64,000 nt of DNA, from assembly GCF_006345805.1 (NCBI RefSeq), contig NC_042998.1:191456001-191520000 (forward strand). Reading direction: 5' to 3'. Below the pieces are notes generated by a model, which was not told where the DNA came from, made no database searches, and saw only the letters and a program-made list of their open reading frames with translations. How positions within the stretch are numbered: the first letter of the stretch is position 1; each line of letters begins with the position of its first letter. The DNA is from Octopus sinensis (Eukaryota). Of this stretch, positions 24,551 through 38,178 are shown one piece after another. The position numbers were made by a program, and so were the translations under genes.

Positions 24551-26930
24551 GTATAAAATCAAAATAAGCAACAAGGATATCCACAGGTAATGCAGTACGA
24601 TCGTTTCGTGCGACTCCATTTAATTGAACAATGCAAACATTACATCAATTTAAAATGTAGAGCAATCTTCAGCTGCATAAAAAACATAGAATTTAGTTAA
24701 ATTCGAAGGACTCATTTGTATATTTTTTCATCCAAAATCACCAAGAGGATAAGGAGATAGACAAAGAACATGCTTTACCAATAACATCACCGTTGTATCT
24801 GAGATTTTTTCATGACTAAGGAAGATTTACTAATGGGTGGGGGTGGGAGTCAGTTTTAATTTATAGGCTAGTTAATCAAATCTAAGAGAAGACAGAGTGT
24901 AGTATCCTTCATGGATAGGGCAAAATAGATAGACAATTTAAGTGGTAGAGTCATAAATCAAGATTTCTTTGAAGCAAAGCCATATGGTTCAGTAAGAATA
25001 TACTTCAGACAAGATTTCGTCTGCTATTTTGTAGACCAATACGTATGGGACAGAGAGAATTATTTCATATAGTAGCAGTACATTTACCTACTATAAAACA
25101 ATGTTATTTGTATATACACAGATACATTTTAGAGTTAATCTAAAAAATACTAAGAAGAATATTTTTGAATACTTTCAGTATATATCAAAATCTTTAAACA
25201 ATAGAGAGACAGAAAATATAGAAATAGTTCCATATTTATATATTTAATATTAATTAACATATATTTTTAATTATTTAATAAATGGTAATTATTGGTATTA
25301 ATAAAGGAAAATTAAGGAAACGGAATATGCTAAAATTTATATATTAAATATTAACAATTGTAGTCTAAGAATATTTCTTTTATTTTAAATAGTGAATGTA
25401 CCAGCATAGGCTTTTATAAGCTGAGTATGAAATTTATAGAGATTTATGACATAGAGCAATATAGCAAATAAATAAATAAGAGACTAGTTTTAAAATAAAA
25501 TAAAATAAAAAAATAAAAAATATAATCATTTGTAGAACATTGTAGACAAGGGGTAAAATGATTTATATACCAAAACTATGGTAAGGTATATTTAGCTTAT
25601 TTACATCAATAGGTAAGATAATTTATTAGAAAAAATTAATAATTCAAAATGTTAGACTAAAACTTATATTTACTTGTCACGAAAATATCTATAAAAGACT
25701 GATGTTTAATGTCGGGTAAAGAAATAATTAAATTATGGAACAAAAATTTTATTATCAACAAATCTTTTTATTAAGTTAAGGGTCATAGTATAGGTTTAAG
25801 AAATTGTTATTATTAAACCTTACATGATATTTATATTTTCTAATTGTTACTTATTTAGAAATGTTTTTTATATAAAGTTCTTTATACATACTAAGATCGG
25901 GAGGGTAGAGCTATTTGGGAGAAAGAGAAATCAAGTAATTCCTTCAAAAGTTTTTTAAACAATGTTATCATGTTGTATAAGGTTATAAAATATAAATTAG
26001 GGTAATTTAGAAGAATATTTAGAATGAGAATTTTAACAAACGGTATAACACTATTGACTTGTATACCAAAATCCTTTAACTACAATGGAAGGGAGGTAAC
26101 AGAAAAATGCAAAGAAAAGAAAAAGAAAAAGTAATAGAAATAAAGAGAAATAGAAATAGGTTAATGCTTATATACTTTATAACTTATCTAAAAACTTTCC
26201 TTAATATAAGATTTCTGTGGAGATTGGTCAAATACATTTAACTAATATTTAATATCTAATAAGGTTAGCTGAGGTTAAAAAACACGTCCACTATATACTG
26301 ATTTAATTCAAATTCAATTAATTTATTTAATTTAAATTAAAAATTTAGTGGAGATATAAGTAATATTTTTGTTTCTAAAAAGTTCATATTTGGAGGGGCT
26401 TTTTAAATCAATAAGAATATTAAAATTAGCGGGATAAGACATTTTAAGAAAAACGGATGAAAAATCTTATTACTGAAACTATTTAGAATACCATTTAGAT
26501 AAGAGAACAAATGTATTACAAATTATAAATTAGTTAAATCTTAATTCAGGCAGTTAAAATTTTGGCATTTAAATTTTCAAAATTTTTTGAAGATACCTAT
26601 ATGGTTTATTATAAGTTAAGTATAGCTATATAGGGGTACAACAATTTAGGCTTATATAAAGGCATTTATAGAGTATTGAAAAAGATTAGATAGAGTACAA
26701 CTATCATAGAAACAGATGTGAAAGTAGCTAAATCCCTAAAATTATTGTGGAGTATATATACAACTTAGTAACTTCAATAGATGAGATTTATAGAATATAT
26801 GTAATGATTTTAGAAATAAAAATTATTTACCCAATTTGTCTGTTATTAAATTATTAATATATAGTGTTGACTAAAAAATTAATATTGCAGGTTATGATAT
26901 TTTCATTGATCTAAAAATCTACAGTTGTTT
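24551..26930 (-). mobile_element. Heavily decayed, AT-rich L1/Tx1-like LINE (ORF2 remnant plus 3' UTR)
   Basis: Collinear minus-strand motifs: IITCNIN (~26890, APE start), IILG(D)F (~26735), PLSTMFY (25532-25552, RT QGxPLS), KAYA(G) (25403-25414, decayed YADD at the expected spacing), CP..(C)...W zinc-knuckle remnant (~25050), then a C/T-rich 3' region ending at a short (TA)n. Confidence 0.55.
24590..24678 (-). ncRNA. Type-I hammerhead ribozyme with extended helix II
   Basis: AUGCAG-CUGAAGA-(58-nt imperfect stem)-GAAA-C-GAUC-GUA/CUGCAU: perfect 6-bp helix I, intact core, palindromic ACGAUCGU helix III, GUA triplet. The helix II closing pair (U.C) is non-canonical. Confidence 0.7.
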
Positions 26931-28339
26931 AGTACAATGCGTGGCATGCATATTCGTACAGTCATGTAAAATAAATTATTATACACTGAAATTATTATTA
27001 CATGATGAAGATTACGAAACAGCTGTAATATTAAGGATAACAAGTGGTCAAGTAAATATAATCACTTCTCATATCTCTTGACTTTTTTTATGGTTTTTAT
27101 AGTCCTCATGAAATAATTCAATGTATTTCATTACTTGGATTTCACCTGAATTGAAATCTGCATTATAATCCTCTATATCGGAATACCAAATGGTATGACA
27201 GACGAATTCACAAGAGTAACTTTCTGTGATAGCCACAAGATTCTATGAATCCATATATTGCCCAACAAAGTTTGTCATATGTATGTTTAGCTTCACGTAT
27301 GTATACATATACGAATACATGCATAAATGGTTTTGGTATAATTCACGCGATATATTTTCATGTGATGTACACTTTCTTGTAACATTGATATATTTCTATA
27401 TTGAATTATAACGCTGTCAACAAGAGGTTTTTCATTCCAATTCTTATATTATATACAGTAAAATGGATGCAATCATTTCTTGTCAGTAGAAAAGAAATTG
27501 TCACATTTGTATATTGGCTGTAACAATTTGAATCGTGAAGTTTACAACTTTTCCTTTTACATTGAAATTTATATATTTCATTGGTTATTTGAAGTATGTG
27601 TTGTAGTTGACTAGATTGTGATGTGATAGTAAGAATTTTGTATTTCACTCTGTTTTTTCATTCGTTGTATATATTTTAACTCCAAAAGAGGTGACAATTA
27701 AAACACCTTTGCCTGTTGTATGAAGACAATAACGTGCTTCAGAATGAAATTTAATCAGGTTTCGTCACTGCACTAGATAATCAAGCATATTATATTTCTC
27801 GATATATAGCAATGTGTGAAAGTGAAAGTTGATTTAGTTGCGAACTTTATTTTCTTTTAGATATATATTGTGACGAGCTTTCAAATAAAAAGAGCAGACG
27901 TGATATACGTGATCATTTTTCTCGAAGAGACGATGGCAGTCCAAGAGGAGAATAATTCTAAGGACATACGCCAATGTCATGTTAATACAAAACAAAAAAA
28001 AAGAGACGAAAAGAAAGAAAACGAACAAATAGTAAATGAAGACATGATTCAGTGGAGCTGAAATAAGTAACCAAACTTCAAACATAGACTTTGTTAATCT
28101 GTAACCGATGCTAAATTTGATAACTTCTGGCAAAACAATGAGATTTAACAGAAGGTGGTAAATTATGCCGTTTTAGATCACCCTACGCTACTACTACTAC
28201 ATCTGTTACAAGCTACAACGGACCACATCTCACATCTCACCTACTTTATCTTCACAAAAGCCATAACGCAGAAGCACCTACATGATTACTCAACGTACTA
28301 ATGATCTCTATTATGGAGGAAATAATTTTTTCCTCCTAC

Positions 28340-30070
28340 AGCAACCAGTCAGTTTATAATTCCTTTTTTTTTGCGTTTTTTAAACAAGTTATTTTAATGC
28401 TGCCGCCTGTAGAGCTGCTGTTAGAAATTAAGGACTTTGCTAATGTTAGGAGCCTTTTAGTTACTTGTAGGTTTTAATCTGTTGCTGAGTCTCTTGTTAG
28501 TTACATCAAGCTGTGCTTGAGCTGTAATAGGTTTCTCTTCTGTTCCTAAAAGGAATTTTTGTACATTAAATGACTGCTTTATATTCTTTCCCAGTGTACT
28601 TGACTTACTGTTTATGTTGATATATCATCCTGCATTAGGAAAGGCGAGAGAGCTGGCAGAACCGTTAGCACACCGGGCGAAATGCTTAACGGCATTTCGT
28701 CTGCCGTTATGTTCTGAGTTCAAATTCCGCCGAGGTCGACTTTGCCTTTCATCCGTTCGGGGTCGATAAATTAAGTACCACTTACGCACTGGGGTCGATG
28801 TAATCGACTTAATCCGTTTGTCTGTCCTTGTTTGTCCCCTCTGTGTTTAGCCCCTTGTGGGTAGCAAAGAAATGGGTATTTCGTCTGCAGTAACGTTCTG
28901 AGTTCAAATTCCACCGAGGTCGACTTTGCCTTTCATCCTTTCGGGGTCGACTAAATAAGTACCAGTTACGCACTGGGGTCGATGACCTCTCTATGTTTAG
29001 CCCCTTGTGGGCAATAAAGAAATAATATAATCCTGCATTATGTTTCTTCTTTCTTAACGTTCATGTACGATATTTTGGTTATTATGTAAATATTTAGTTC
29101 TAGAAGCAACTCCTGCATAATTTTGTAGATGTCATCTCTTTAAACTTTCCTTTTGCTTTTAACTTAGTTGTTTACATTTTTTTTCTCATGATAGATACCA
29201 TGTTTTCCACTTCTATTAATAAGGATAGGCATTTTCTGTTTTTTTTTCTTTATTGAGGAATATTTTTAATAAATTTTGTCTATAAATGGGTAGTTTATAT
29301 CAAGACCAATTTCTCTCGATACCACGCTTGTTACCAAATAGATTAGATCTTTAAATATGTCGATATCTGAGTAGTTTACTTTCTTGTCAAAAACTTACAT
29401 TTCTCCATGTTCATCAAGTTTTTTCCAATTCTATCATATTTTTAACAATTATTTCTGCTAGGTACTTCTCATTGTTAATTCTCATTGATCTGCTGTGCAA
29501 AGTAGTTTTTAAATTGTGCTTGTTATTACGTATAGCGACAATTTGGTAAGTGTAACCATGATAACTTCTATATTCTTCATAATCATTTTGGATTCGAATT
29601 ACTTTGTTGTTTTGTCTACTATTGATTTGTTCTAACGTTTTTTTTTTCGGTGTGCCCAGTACTACTTTCACCGTGTTTTGAGGTCACATTTTCGTGCAGC
29701 TGTCTCTTATGGTGTTCTATTTATTTTGTCCTTATATGTTTTTTTTTTATGTGGGAGGTTCTCTTATGCTTTTCGTGATCGGCCATATTTTTGTTATCAG
29801 TTGACGGTTTTCTTTTACAATATATATGACTTTTCTGTTTTCAGTTTTCTTGCTTGTTGTTATTGCTTATACTAAATCTGCGTACACTCACAAATATATT
29901 TGCATTGATATTTTTCTTAGCTTTATTTTCTCCAAGCATTTCTTATACATAGCATATAGAGTGTATCACTTCAAAATACTGCTGAAAAGTTCTGTCCTTT
30001 TTTTTAATGTTTAGTTTAAATGCTTGCAGTGCTTTGTTAAGAGAGAACCGGTGCTGAGCTACGTGTTACA
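28340..30070 (-). mobile_element. Decayed LINE remnant (clade uncertain), interrupted by a SINE dimer
   Basis: A-rich minus strand with SREIGLDIN (post-YADD GLxIN-like, ~29300) and TGGSIK (TGHG-like, ~28400). Confidence 0.3.
28642..29024 (+). mobile_element. SINE family A dimer flanked by one TSD
   Basis: A full unit plus a headless, internally deleted unit from 28876 (GTATTTCGTCTG). ATCCTGCATTA occurs at 28627-28637 and 29030-29040. Confidence 0.88.
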
Positions 30071-30169
30071 TTACTTATGTATCCTGATTGCTACAAACGT
30101 ACTTAACGAAAACCATCATTCATCCTGTCTAGCCTGATTTTAAAAATAAATTCTCATGATTTGGAACAA

Positions 30170-31420
30170 ATTTTATGGCTCCTAAAGAAAGTTTATCTGC
30201 ATCATCGTCATCACAATCTGTACTATCGTTTCCACATTAGAGTTCATTTAAACGTAGAAATGTTTAAGAAAAATCACAGAATAGATCAATGCAAGATACT
30301 TAAAGAAATTAAATTGATGAATCAATGCGATGCATTAAAAGATCTTATACTAACTAAACAAATAACCTAGTACGAATGTATTATAATTGAAAAACGATTA
30401 CCTGAAATATGAAACGATACATACATCTGTATTTTCTAACGAATCTGTAAAATAGCTTGATAAATTTTGAGATTTATTATTGCGTATAACTGAAATCGAA
30501 GAGCCAGTTCTAACTAAATGGTATCAGTTTTGAAGAGAAGAGTGGAAAAGGAAATACATTCAAGGAAATTGAAAATCCTTGCGTATGTAAGAACACCAGG
30601 CTACTAGAGATGAATCAATGTTATGCATTAAAATATCTTATACTAACTAAACAAATAACCAAGTACGAATGTATTATAATTGAAAAACGATTACCTGAAA
30701 TACTAAAAGATACATAAATCTGTATTTTCTAACGAATCTGGTGAAACAGCTTGATAAATTTTGAGATTTATTATTACGTATAACTGAAATACAAGAGCTA
30801 GTTTTAACTAAATGGTATCAGTTTTGAAGAGAAGAGTGGAAAAGAAAATACATTCAAGGAAATTGAAAATCCTTGCGTATGTAAGAACACCAGGCTACTA
30901 GAGAATGAGGCTTACAGATATATGTAAAACGTTCTGAAAATACATAATTTCAGGAACTTCTCACGTAGCTTTAAAAGTTCATTAGAAAAATGTGTAAACG
31001 GTTGCTTAAAGCCATCTTTATAACACTAGTTTATTCCCGATGGAAAAAGTGTTGGTTTTATAATAGCACTTCAAAAACATGTCTCTAGGGTTAAGACTTT
31101 CAGATATGAAACTAAAGAAAATTGAAAAGACAAAGGAAAGCAAGAAGTATGTTTAATAGAGAAAAGATTTTACAAATTTAGTTAATATTGGAGCTACATA
31201 GAAATTGCTTTTCTCACTATCCGGAAGAGGACGGTTATTCTGCAGAATATTGTCAAGCATAGTTATTGTCGTCTATATTTGAAATAATATATTATAAATG
31301 TCTTCGAAGTAAAACAAATATTTACTTATCTTCGCTACATTTAGGATTTTAAAAAAATATTTTGTTATTATTTAGAGTATGATAGGCGTTGTTTATAATA
31401 CTTTGAGGTCCTCTGAGACT
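30170..31420 (+). pseudogene. Very old pogo/Tigger-like transposase remnant
   Basis: MAPKESLS start, EKRL, AS..WY..F..R (CENP-B-like HTH), TSLF (DETGLF-like), and G-V-V (DQG-like) in the expected order. Highly degraded. Confidence 0.35.
30318..30904. repeat. 293/294-bp tandem duplication
   Basis: Units 30318-30610 and 30611-30904 both run TGAATCAATG...CAGGCTACTAGAGA, with roughly 90% identity by eye. Confidence 0.92.
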
Positions 31421-32479
31421 GGTGATGTTAATGCTCCGCTTGAATAAGTATGAGAAAAATACAGGAGGAGACTAAAATAAGTGTCTGCTATAAATACTAG
31501 CAATAGAGTGAGCCACGCTGAGTCTATGTGTTTGTAGTGTTAAAATAAGCAGTGTATTGAGTCTGCTTACAATATTAAGATATATGGCTAATCAAAGGCT
31601 TATTAAGTATCGAAAAGTGTTTTATTCTTCACACTCCATATATAATTCCAGTTCTCTTTCTTTATGCATAGTTCTTTAAATCACTTAAAGTATTTAATGA
31701 TTTTCTTAATCTTAACACCATTCGAAATAAGCAACACTATATTGTGAACCTCATTTCAACAATTCCTGCTGGACTTCAGAAGTTTGTTTCATTATTCCTA
31801 TTGCATTCTCACTAGCACCGCTTGTAGTTAGATTGAAGTAGTGTTTCAGAAAGATGGAAACTAAAATCGTTTCTTGTTTACACCAAACAGGATATTACAT
31901 TGTTTCTTCTTCTTATATTTCATAAAGATTTTATGAAGATTTCCACGAAGAAAATAAGATTAATTTAATAGAAAGTCAACTCATTTTACTGGGAAAGAAA
32001 AGGAGAAAGAGATAGCATACAAATACTGTAATGTAGCGATCAATCGAAGATATGAAAGGCATATGGAGTATAGAAGACAACGCAATATTGTCGAGTTTAT
32101 CACAAGTCGGAAGTAAAGCAAACACACACATTTATGTATACACACATATTGAAAACCCGTATGTACATAAAATACAGACATATATTTATATAAAACACAT
32201 ATATACATGTAATATAATATATGCATATAAACACACACACATATAAATATACATATACATACATACACACATATATATATATATTATATATATATATATA
32301 TTCATACATACATACACATACACGCATATATATATATATATATTATATATATATATAATATATATATATATATATGTGTTGCGTGTGTGTGCGTACATAT
32401 ATATATATTATGTGCATATGTATGTATATATATATATATCATGCGCAATAAAAATGGCTATTTATGCGTGTACCGGAAG

Positions 32480-32700
32480 ATGTGGAGGAGCGTCTGTATG
32501 CTAATGCTAATTTGTTTTTAAAACGTGTGTCTCTGACGTTCCCAAAGCTCTTTTGATCATTTTCAATTGTTCGGTTACATGGTTATCTTCCATTTTGTGA
32601 GGCAGCCATCTCGAGTCACTTCTGTTTCTTTCATTTTCAGTGTCTTCATCTGAAACGACTAGAGCTTCTCCAAATGTGATACAATGGACTCAGGAACTAA
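32480..32700 (-). pseudogene. Mariner transposase fragment
   Basis: Minus strand reads SRWLPHKM, a WVPHEL-like linker motif. Confidence 0.35.
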
Positions 32701-33104
32701 ATCTTTTCATCGGGAGCAAACTTCCGAAGCTATATTATCTGTAGCTACTCCTCAAAGATCCTTAAAGTGTTTATCACCTCTTAATTCTCCTTTTGCCCTT
32801 TTATCCACAGTTACTTCTATATATGATAACTGGTTATATAAGACAACCGAGTGTATTTTATATCCATAAAATCTCTGAGACTCCAAGTCTGCTAAAATAT
32901 TGGTTATTCAAACACTACTTTTAGCAGAAGCTGTATTTCTCCTATGATCTCTCTTAAAATACAAACTGAGTACTCCAGAGATAGCTTCTCTCTAGCACAA
33001 AAATTCTAATTGTAACAGTATAATAATGCATTCGCAATAAATCAACATCTCTGAGTCAGCACACCAGTGACTTATCTTTCACCCTCTTTCTGACTACAAA
33101 TATA

Positions 33105-33335
33105 TATTTCTTTACTATCCACAAGGGGCTAAACACAGAGGGGACAAACAAGGACAAACAAACGGAATAAGTCGATTACATCGACCCCAGTGCGTAACTG
33201 GTACTTAATTTATCGACCCCGAAAGGATGAAAGGCAAAGTCGACCTCGACGGAATTTGAACTCAGAACGTAGCGGCAGACGAAATACGGCTACGCATTTC
33301 GCCCGGCGTGCTAACGTTTCTGCCAGCTTGCTGCC
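33105..33335 (-). mobile_element. SINE family A with TSD
   Basis: 19-bp TSD CTTTCTGACTACAAATATA at 33086-33104 and 33336-33354. Confidence 0.92.
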
Positions 33336-34914
33336 CTTTCTGACTACAAATATAATCATCGTGCAGTCAAAGCTATGGGATACTTACTTGCAATTCAGCG
33401 CCCTCCCCATACTTGAATATAAATATTCCACCTATGTTGCGTACATATTTTCTCTGATACTTCGAAGTAACGGTTTCCAGTAATACTGCTCTGTTAGGCA
33501 GAACGTTTACGATAATCCAGCCACATTCTATTAACTAAATTGTACACCAGTGTTTAGATATTTTCATTTCCCGCATTTCTCTTTATTTGGATGAAATAAC
33601 ATTTGTAGCTTGCACATAAATCATACAGGACTCGGTATATAATCGTCCTTTCAACACATCCTAATCCCCCGCATACAAACTGAACTTTTCCAGACAGGTT
33701 TTTTTTAACAAACTTGTATCTGAGCATAGTCATTATATGATACGATACAGAGATAGTGACTTGGTTTCTTTCACATGCAGAGAGACATGCAAATGTGAAG
33801 CATCAATATATTTGATGATTTTTAGGATAACCTGATCTATATACTTCCATATCAGCATTTCAATTGTGACTAGAAATGCTTCAGAGATTGTCAGTTGTTA
33901 ACACACCCTAAATCTTGAATGCAAACTTTATTATATATTATTGTTGTTATAGTTAGGCCTAAAACATCGTAAAGTCAATACCACCATGACCGATATCCAA
34001 ACTACAGTGGAGAACGCTAGCCACTGGATTTGGTTAAAAAGAGACGATGATTGATGGCTAGAAGAATATTGAGCTTTATTTGATCACCAAGTGATCTAGC
34101 AAGCGGGGCCTCATATCAGTGAGAGGCCCGGTGCGCGTTGATGCCATCGAGAGGTAGGCCCCGAAACGGCATGCATTCTCTCCTGATGACCCCATACACT
34201 TGCTGGCTTCCAGTATGCGGAGTTTTTGATTGGTAACTCTTGCATGTGCAAGTTGTTTGCAAGACATCGATGGTACAGAAAAATGTGTTTTTTTTTTTCA
34301 CATCCGCACAAGACTTTTGCTACAACAATCTTCCCTCGAATAAATTGAGGAGATCACTGCGGAGCTAATCCACTTGCTTGAATTAGAAGGTAAATTATCT
34401 CGAAATCATATCCTACTTTTTTACTAACGATACATATTGGATATTGACATTTTGCATATACAATGATTCTAACAGTGTAAGTATAAATTATTACGGTTAG
34501 AAATCCTGTTTTTGTAAGTTTGCTGGATCACGATTGATTTGGAGATAAACAAGAAGAACAACGACTCCACTTCCAGCCATTCATACAATAGACAAGGTTG
34601 TCTAAAAAACTCTAAGAAGCGTGTGTTTTGGCCGTCTAAAATTCCAAGTTGTTCAATGTTTTCCCTAGAAACATTCCCATAAATATACAGATGGATTCAA
34701 ATAAAAGCCTTCCGCATAGTCTCTGTTTCCTCAGTTTCACACAAAATGATTGGATCAAACTAAGTTTTTGAAACATTTTCAAGAATGCTTACAATAAGAT
34801 CGCATTGGCAACATCGTAGTTGCGAAGGGAGCTTCACCTTTTCGGCAAATTCGGGAAACATACATATATACACACCCTCATGCACGAACACGGGTTCAAA
34901 GATAGATAGGGAAT

Positions 34915-34954
<40 letters not shown>

Positions 34955-36464
34955 GGAGAGAGAAAGTATGAGAGAGAGAGAAATGGATATTTATGCAATG
35001 CTTGTATAAATATTTATGAATTTAGATAATGCATGTATAAGTAATGAGAATAAACATAGAAACATAGATTATAAGCAGTGGGAATAAACAGATATATTCA
35101 TAAATATTTGCATAAATTTTCAAACATATTTCAATAAATTATGCAAATATATTTTCAAATATTTTCCTAAGCTTGTAAAGACTTTGCAGCAAAGTTCGAA
35201 TAAATGAATATACAGCTTATAAAATTCTGATGACACTGTTAATGTTGAGATTAAGTAAAGTTTGCTTTGTTTGCTTGTTTCCGAGTTGGAAACCAATTCG
35301 TAATCACTCTCTTGGTCATGTATCTTTTACTAATTTTTCAAATTGTTCCCAGGGTTGCACATCTAATGCAGCTACTACTATTAATTAGTAAGGTTAACGA
35401 AACTGCTACAGTATCTCGCATTCTTGTTACTGCCAACAACCACTCTTGCTGCTGCTCCTAATACCACCGTGTCCCCGGAATAATCAGAAAGAAGAGAAAA
35501 TCGAATACCGTGTTAATGTAAGAAAATCATGTAACCTTTCAGAACTGATAACATGAAGGTTTAATCTAATTTAATTTATTTACCTTTTATTTAAACATGA
35601 GTGAATTGTCTTTCATAAACGATTGAAACCGGTGGCATACATTGATAAATTTCTCACAGCATTTTCTTTTTATACACACATACACACATATATATAAGCA
35701 TGTATACATAGTTACGTATTTATGTTTATATATAATATATATGTATATATATATATATATATATCTTCCTCACAAACATTCACGCATACACATGTTTATA
35801 TACAAATGGAAGAATGTAAACACGTACACACATGCATCCTAAACCTGCTCATGCATGCACGGCAGGCACAAACGTACACGTATGCACACGCGTACACACA
35901 CACACATAATGTATACTTACGCACACTCATACAACCTCATACACACCTACGTCCACGCACTCACAAATCTGGCATATACACACACTCATGCCGACTTCAC
36001 TTCAATCGGCTTCCAAGTCTCTCCAACGACCCACCAAACACCTAGGTGCCACCAGTTTCCTGTCCACCTACGTGGTTAAAAAGTTTCTCTTTTCTAATGT
36101 ATTTGGTGTCGCTAAAATTCCGATCTCAGTTCTAGCATCACTCTGTACAGACAAATTTGACCAATACCAGCCCATTTTTCAGGAGCTGTATTCGACTTCC
36201 AGTAGCTACCTTGGGCTTATTCCATCACCCCATTAGTTAATCTCTCACATTGAAGGAGATAGGTTTTTCTTAAAACTTTGCATGGCGCGGCGCCGAATCT
36301 GTTTTAAAAAATAAAGTAACTTTAATTAAAACATTTATAACTCGTATGCATACACACACACACACACACACGCACACACACACACACAACACACACACAC
36401 ACACACACCACACACACACACACACACACAACACACACACACTACACACGTGTTTTTTTTTATT

Positions 36465-36859
36465 CTTTACTTGTTTCCGTCATTAGACTGCGGCCGTGTT
36501 GGGGCACCGCCTTTTATTTTTACTCGAATGTATCAACCCCAATACTTATTTTTTAAGCCTGCTGCTTATTCTATCAATCTCTGCTGCCGATCCACCATGT
36601 CACGGATACGCAAACGCGCCAACACCTCTTCTCAAGCAGTGGTGGGGGGAAAATACGGACACAAAGACACATAGATATACACATAAGTATAAATATATAT
36701 ATATATACGGCGGGATTCTTACAGTTTCTATTTACTAAATCCACTCACAAGGCTTTGGTCGGTCCAAGGGTATAATATAAACAATTGCCAGAGGTGCCAC
36801 GCAGTAGGACAGAACATAGAAACACGTAGCTGGAAAGCAAACTTTTTACCACACAGCCA
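36465..36859 (-). mobile_element. SINE family B, diverged
   Basis: Reverse complement of the family B head (TTACCACACAGCCA) and tail (TTTACTTGTTTC). Confidence 0.8.
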
Positions 36860-36875
36860 TATATATAAATAAATA

Positions 36876-36906
<31 letters not shown>

Positions 36907-36920
36907 GATATATATATATA

Positions 36921-36991
<71 letters not shown>

Positions 36992-37010
36992 TTATTATGT
37001 ATATATTATA

Positions 37011-37362
37011 CTCTCTTTTACTCTTTTACTTGTTCAGTCCTTTGTTTATCCTTTGTAAGCCTAGTACTTATTACATCGGTGTCTTTTGTCGAACTGCAAG
37101 GTTACGAGGACATAAACACACCAGCATCGGTTGTCAAGCGTTGTTGGAGGGGGGACACAAACGCAGGCACACAAACATATACACACACATACATATATAT
37201 ATATGCAAATATACGACGAGCTTCTTTCAGTTTCCGTCTACCAAATCCACTCACAAGGCTTTGGTTGGCCCGAGGCTGTGGTAGAAGACACTTGCCCAAG
37301 AAACCACGCAGTGGGATTGAACCCGGAACCATGTGGTACGTAAGCAAGCTACTTACCACACA

Positions 37363-37366
<4 letters not shown>
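37011..37366 (-). mobile_element. SINE family B
   Basis: Reverse complement with CTTCTTTCAGTTTCCGTCTACCAAATCCACTCACAAGGC and head GCAAGCTACTTACCACACAGCCA. Confidence 0.88.
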
Positions 37367-37399
<33 letters not shown>

Positions 37400-38133
37400 G
37401 GAATAGAGAGGAGGGGGAGCGATAAAGATATTTACGCACAGTGAAAACATTCAGTTTGTAAAGTGATACGCTAGAGAACAATATATTGCATTGTCTACTT
37501 AATGAATACAAGGAAGCATGTAAATGGTATTCAGACAAATAATATTAATGATGGCCATGATGATGGCCATGATGATGATGACGACGACGATGCTGAGGAT
37601 GACGAGAATGATGATGATGATGATGAGCATGAGAATGATGATTGAACATGATATTTATGGATCAATAATATTGAACACTAGTAGCTTGATATTATAAAAT
37701 GAGGTGCTGTATTCCCACGAGTAGGATACCTGGGAGCACATATTCTTTCTTTAACAATTTTTTTTCTAGTTTAAGCAGTGTTAATATCAGACAAACTGCC
37801 CCCAGAACGCAATATAAATTATCCAAAAGATCATTCTGTTTGTCCACAAACATTCATTAGTCTCAGACGAGACATATTCTTCGCAAATGGCGCCACGCAA
37901 GTCAATCAGTAAATGCACACATATGATCAAAGTTACATGGCTGTAAGCAATTAGGAAGGGATTATATTTACAGATAAACTACAAGAATGCATCATACACA
38001 CAGATACACACATGCGCAAACGTACACACACATACATACACATGCGTGCGCGCTTGGGCGAGTAAACATATATATATGTGTGTGTGTGTGTGTGCGTGTG
38101 TGTGTATCTATCTATATATATAAGTATGTTATA

Positions 38134-38178
<45 letters not shown>

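Noticed and set aside
24900-26930. Possible mitochondrial insertion (NUMT), given the extreme AT content
   Set aside because: No mitochondrial gene or tRNA was recognisable. The collinear APE/RT motifs fit a decayed LINE better.
34085-34200. GC-rich patch with CGAAAC, CTGATGA and a GGGCCTC/GAGGCCC hairpin
   Set aside because: The motif order and pairing do not assemble into any hammerhead topology.
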